From NCBI GenBank assembly GCA_964518865.1, contig CAZFIB010000008.1:8443-72442 (forward strand): a DNA stretch of 64,000 nucleotides, read 5' to 3'. Positions 60,845 through 64,000 of the stretch are shown in pieces; position 1 is the first letter of the stretch; each line of letters starts with the position of its first letter. A program made the translations under genes and the position numbers. The notes beneath the pieces were generated by a model. That model saw only the letters and a list, made by a program, of their open reading frames with translations. It ran no database searches and was not told where the DNA came from. The DNA is from an uncultured Thermodesulfobacteriota bacterium. Its GTDB lineage: Bacteria > Desulfobacterota > WTBG01 > CAIYCZ01 > CAIRTM01.

Positions 60845-61978
60845 ATGTTTGTTCCCAGGATTTTGGATATCAGGGCATTGATTCAAAAAAAGTCCTGCTT
60901 TCTGTTTGGACCGCGGCAGACAGGAAAAACCTCGCTCATTGAGCATACACTCAAGGACTGTGTTGTATACAATCTGCTGGATAGCGATATTTATCTGAGT
61001 CTTAATCAGCGGCCGGCACGTCTGCGCGAAGAACTGTCTCCGCGGGACAGGATTGTGGTGATTGATGAAATCCAGAAACTGCCGGCCCTGCTCGATGAAG
61101 TTCACCTGCTGATCGAGAAACAGGGTATTCATTTCCTGCTGACCGGATCGAGCGCCAGAAAACTGCGCAGGGGCGGGGTGAATCTGCTGGGGGGCCGGGC
61201 GCGGTCGCAAACGCTGCACCCGTTTATATACCGTGAACTGCAGGACTTTGACCTTCTCAGAGCACTGAATTTCGGTCTGATCCCGTCTGTCTATTTTTCC
61301 GATTCACCGGCGGAAGACCTCAAAGCCTATGCCGGAAATTATCTGAGAGAGGAAATTGCCGCTGAAGGATTAATCCGCAATGTCCCGGCGTTCAGCCGCT
61401 TTCTCGAAGTTGCCGCACTGTGTAACGGAACCCTGATCAACTATACCCTGATAGCAAACGATGCCCAGGTTCCCAAAAGTACCGTTCAGGAATATTTTAG
61501 AATTCTGCAGGATACACTCATCGCCGAAGAACTGCCGGCCTGGCGGCAGACGGTCATCCGCAAGCCCATGGCAACATCAAAATTCTATTTTTTTGATGTC
61601 GGCGTTGTCAGGCACCTGCAGCACCGCTCGGGCCTTCAGGAGAAAGCACCCGAGTTCGGTGAAGCCTTTGAAACATATCTGTTCCATGAGCTGAAGGCCT
61701 ATATTGATTATCAGTCCCGGGGCGAACTGCACTACTGGCGCTCGAAATCCAATTTTGAAGTTGATTTCATACTGAACGGCGCTACCGCCATCGAGGTCAA
61801 AGGCAAAGCCACGATCGGCAGTCGCGATTTGAAGGGGCTGCGGGCACTGCAGGAGGAGGCTCTTTTAAAAAAATATATCGTTGTCTGTCTGGAAAAACGC
61901 CCGCGCACGGTAGATTCTATCAGCATACTGCCATGGAACATGTTTCTCGACAGATTATGGACTGGTGACTTTGACTGA
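60845..61978 (+). CDS. AAA+ ATPase (AAA_14) with C-terminal DUF4143
   Basis: Walker A GPRQTGKTS, Walker B VVIDEIQ, C-terminal DUF4143-like region (KFYFFDVGVVRHL...YWRSKSNFEVDFIL). Confidence 0.7.
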   Translation: MFVPRILDIRALIQKKSCFLFGPRQTGKTSLIEHTLKDCVVYNLLDSDIYLSLNQRPARLREELSPRDRIVVIDEIQKLPALLDEVHLLIEKQGIHFLLTGSSARKLRRGGVNLLGGRARSQTLHPFIYRELQDFDLLRALNFGLIPSVYFSDSPAEDLKAYAGNYLREEIAAEGLIRNVPAFSRFLEVAALCNGTLINYTLIANDAQVPKSTVQEYFRILQDTLIAEELPAWRQTVIRKPMATSKFYFFDVGVVRHLQHRSGLQEKAPEFGEAFETYLFHELKAYIDYQSRGELHYWRSKSNFEVDFILNGATAIEVKGKATIGSRDLKGLRALQEEALLKKYIVVCLEKRPRTVDSISILPWNMFLDRLWTGDFD

Positions 61979-62160
61979 GGCCGCAAGGCACGGGGAGGGG
62001 GGAATGAAATCCGGGGACACCATACTGGTTTTTCACTTTTTTACGGCTGCCCGTATTTTACAGTTGTATGCAGGACCATTCGGCATGGCGAATCAATCAA
62101 AAACCGGTATGGTGTCACCGAAATACAGGAATACCCGCAAGACTGCAATGCAGTAAAAAC

Positions 62161-62376
62161 CTATACGTTCATCCATTCAGGATCGGGGACATGTACGGTT
62201 GTCATCTCAGAACCCGGCTCAAAAGGAACCTCGGTAGCCAGCATATCTTCTGCACCGATAGCCAGAGATGCAACAAGTTCTTTTTTTGTTTTTTCCTGCG
62301 CATTTACGCCGGGCAGATCGATAAGCCATCCGATCCACCAGCCTCCCGATTTTTTTATAACCGCTCTATATTTCAT
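62161..62376 (-). CDS. hicB: HicB-family antitoxin
   Basis: MKYRAVIKKSGGWWIGWLIDLPGVNAQEKTKKELVASLAIGAEDML matches the HicB/UPF0150 pattern. Confidence 0.7.
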   Translation of the reverse strand: MKYRAVIKKSGGWWIGWLIDLPGVNAQEKTKKELVASLAIGAEDMLATEVPFEPGSEMTTVHVPDPEWMNV

Positions 62377-62379
62377 TTT

Positions 62380-62563
62380 TTACCTCACAAAAGGAATATC
62401 AATATCTTTGCAAATTTTGCGGGCCAGCTCGTCTACAATCTCGTTATGTCGGGGGAACTTCTGTTTTTAACCGGTCTCTTTGAAAAACAGTATGACGTTT
62501 GCCTTCCCGCAAGAGATATGCGCCGTGTTCTTTCAAGTGTTTAAGAAGTTTATGTCTCTTCAT
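62380..62563 (-). pseudogene. hicA: HicA-family toxin with a +1 frameshift in a G5 homopolymer (62451-62455)
   Basis: MKRHKLLKHLKEHGAYLLREGKRHTVFQRDRLKTEVPP then stop. Removing one G restores ...VPRHNEIVDELARKICKDIDIPFVR*. 184 nt = 3n+1. Confidence 0.6.
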
Positions 62564-62688
62564 AAGTTATTGCGAAATGATACCGTGCGGAGTGTGAAGA
62601 AGCAATGAAAAGTTGATGGTCCCGCAAAAAGTGTAACTGTTTAACGATAGCAAGTAAAACATGCTAACTCACGATCCGCCTGTTCTGT

Positions 62689-62724
62689 AAAAAAAAGGCA
62701 GCAACCCGCAAGCGGGTTCCTGCC
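62689..62724 (-). terminator. rho-independent terminator downstream of the DUF1566 gene
   Basis: Minus strand GGCAGGAACCCGCUUGCGGGUUGCUGCC followed by UUUUUUUU. Confidence 0.5.
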
Positions 62725-62766
62725 TTCTGAATTTCACGCTCTGTGTTCCGGCGCATGTCACGGGCG

Positions 62767-64000
62767 CTAATAATAAACAAGCCGCGGGGTGGCGCTCACC
62801 GGCCCGTGCAGCGTGCTCACGCCGTTCAGGTCGATATCCTCAAGCCTGTAGGTGTAGGTCTTCCGGTTCCGCACATCCTCATCCACAAACTCATACACCG
62901 CGCCCTCGGTCGCCGACCCTTCAGCCGGAATAAGTTCCTCATTGATCCGCACATATTGGCCGCCTTCAGCGCGGTAGATGTTGAATCCGGCGTTATCGAT
63001 TTCAGAGGCGGTGGACCAGATGAGCGCTACTATTCGATTTCCGGGGACAGCCTCAAAGCCTGAAAGGTCAATTACCGTCGGGTCACAGGCATCACCGATA
63101 CCATCACCCTCTCCACCTCTGTCGCTATCCGCCTGGTCAGGATTATAGGTGTCCGGACAGTTGTCGTCGCAGAAGACCGTATTGCCGCCCGTGCAGGGAT
63201 TATCCCCCGGCACGCCGCTTGCGTCCCCGTCGTCGCAGATGCCGTCAAGATCCGAATCACCAAAGTATCCACACTGTCCGGAACGCACCGCACGCACATA
63301 CTTGTCGTATGCCTCATTTTGGTTGCCCACGTAGCCGTCGTGGAAATAACCGCTCCAGGCGTAGCCTGTATAGCTCGCGCCGGTAGTAGACGACCAGTAA
63401 ATGGAGGCCACCGTGTCCGGGAAAAAGCTTGTGTTGATTGCCGGGCCGTAAACCTCGTAATCCACAATAGATTGCAGCTCATTGCGGCTGGGCAGGCGCC
63501 AGTCGTCATATTTCACGCCCGAGGCATTGGGCGATTCGGTCGTCCAGGCCCCGTCATTGTTGAGCACCAGGGCCTCGCAGTAGGAGAGAGCCTGCTCCCA
63601 GGTATAGGTGCCGGGGGCTGTGGCCTGCTGCCACTGCAGCCCCGTCGAGGTGTCGGTGATGGTGCCATCGCCGTTGTCTTCAAAACGATCTTCAGGATCG
63701 TTTTGTCCTGAACGCACGGCACGCACATAGTAGCTGCCCGTCTTATAGTAGTCGCCCACGTAGCCGTCGTGGAAACCCACGTACCAGGCGTTGCCTATAC
63801 TGCTTGCGTTGGTAGTAGACGACCAGTAATAGGACGCCACCGTGTCCGGAAAAAAGTCCGTGTCGATCATCCGGCCGGGATAGGGGATGCTGCTGTCCAC
63901 CAGGGTTGACAGCTCCTTGACGGTCGGCAGGCGCCAGTCGTTAAATCCGAGATAATTTTCACTATTGAGCAGTGCAACATAGTCCAGTGCATGCTGCCAG
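62767..64000 (-). CDS. secreted DUF1566 (Lcl C-terminal domain) repeat protein with thrombospondin-type-3-like Asp-rich linker; 5' end lies beyond the window
   Basis: Repeated DDWRLPSRNELQSIV / DWRLPTVKELSTLV motifs. DSDLDGICDDGD...DNCPDTYNPDQADSD. The ORF remains open to nt 64000. Confidence 0.6.
   Translation of the reverse strand, partial: WQHALDYVALLNSENYLGFNDWRLPTVKELSTLVDSSIPYPGRMIDTDFFPDTVASYYWSSTTNASSIGNAWYVGFHDGYVGDYYKTGSYYVRAVRSGQNDPEDRFEDNGDGTITDTSTGLQWQQATAPGTYTWEQALSYCEALVLNNDGAWTTESPNASGVKYDDWRLPSRNELQSIVDYEVYGPAINTSFFPDTVASIYWSSTTGASYTGYAWSGYFHDGYVGNQNEAYDKYVRAVRSGQCGYFGDSDLDGICDDGDASGVPGDNPCTGGNTVFCDDNCPDTYNPDQADSDRGGEGDGIGDACDPTVIDLSGFEAVPGNRIVALIWSTASEIDNAGFNIYRAEGGQYVRINEELIPAEGSATEGAVYEFVDEDVRNRKTYTYRLEDIDLNGVSTLHGPVSATPRLVYY

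Overview
The window looks like high-GC chromosomal DNA from a deltaproteobacterium (Desulfobacterota-like) and has two parts. The right third (about 44.5-57.6 kb, minus strand) is a conserved housekeeping block: leuA, pssA, ilvN, ilvB, a DUF465 gene, tsaB, rseP, dxr, cdsA, uppS, a small 2x[4Fe-4S] ferredoxin, frr, pyrH, tsf and rpsB. The left two thirds look accessory. They carry two REP/IR-bounded Y1 (IS200-like/RAYT) transposase units, one fused to a DnaA C-terminal domain. There are five toxin-antitoxin loci: BrnTA and one PIN/Phd pair are intact, and three are decayed by homopolymer frameshifts or repeat insertion. There are c-di-GMP genes (EAL-HDOD, two PilZ proteins, one fused to a methyltransferase) and an operon of three flavoproteins. 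A CobN plus ChlI/ChlD chelatase pair sits divergent from a Tat-exported class V aminotransferase, a secreted protein, a TonB-dependent receptor and NikR, and the shared promoter region holds a NikR-like 7-N11-7 palindrome. A promoter-driven operon encodes a tandem Ser/Thr kinase-pseudokinase membrane protein with CIA30-like, DUF523/DUF1722 and PNPOx-like proteins. A 5-kb islet of secreted proteins and lipoproteins is bracketed by a 149-bp duplication of a gene 3' end. Large secreted multidomain proteins (caspase-like peptidase with beta-propeller repeats, Moco-domain/TSP3 repeat protein, DUF1566 protein) share an unassigned C-terminal module or carry perfect intragenic tandem repeats. No rRNA, tRNA or CRISPR array was seen. 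All calls rest on reading the six-frame translations and the nucleotide repeats by eye; no database searches were run.
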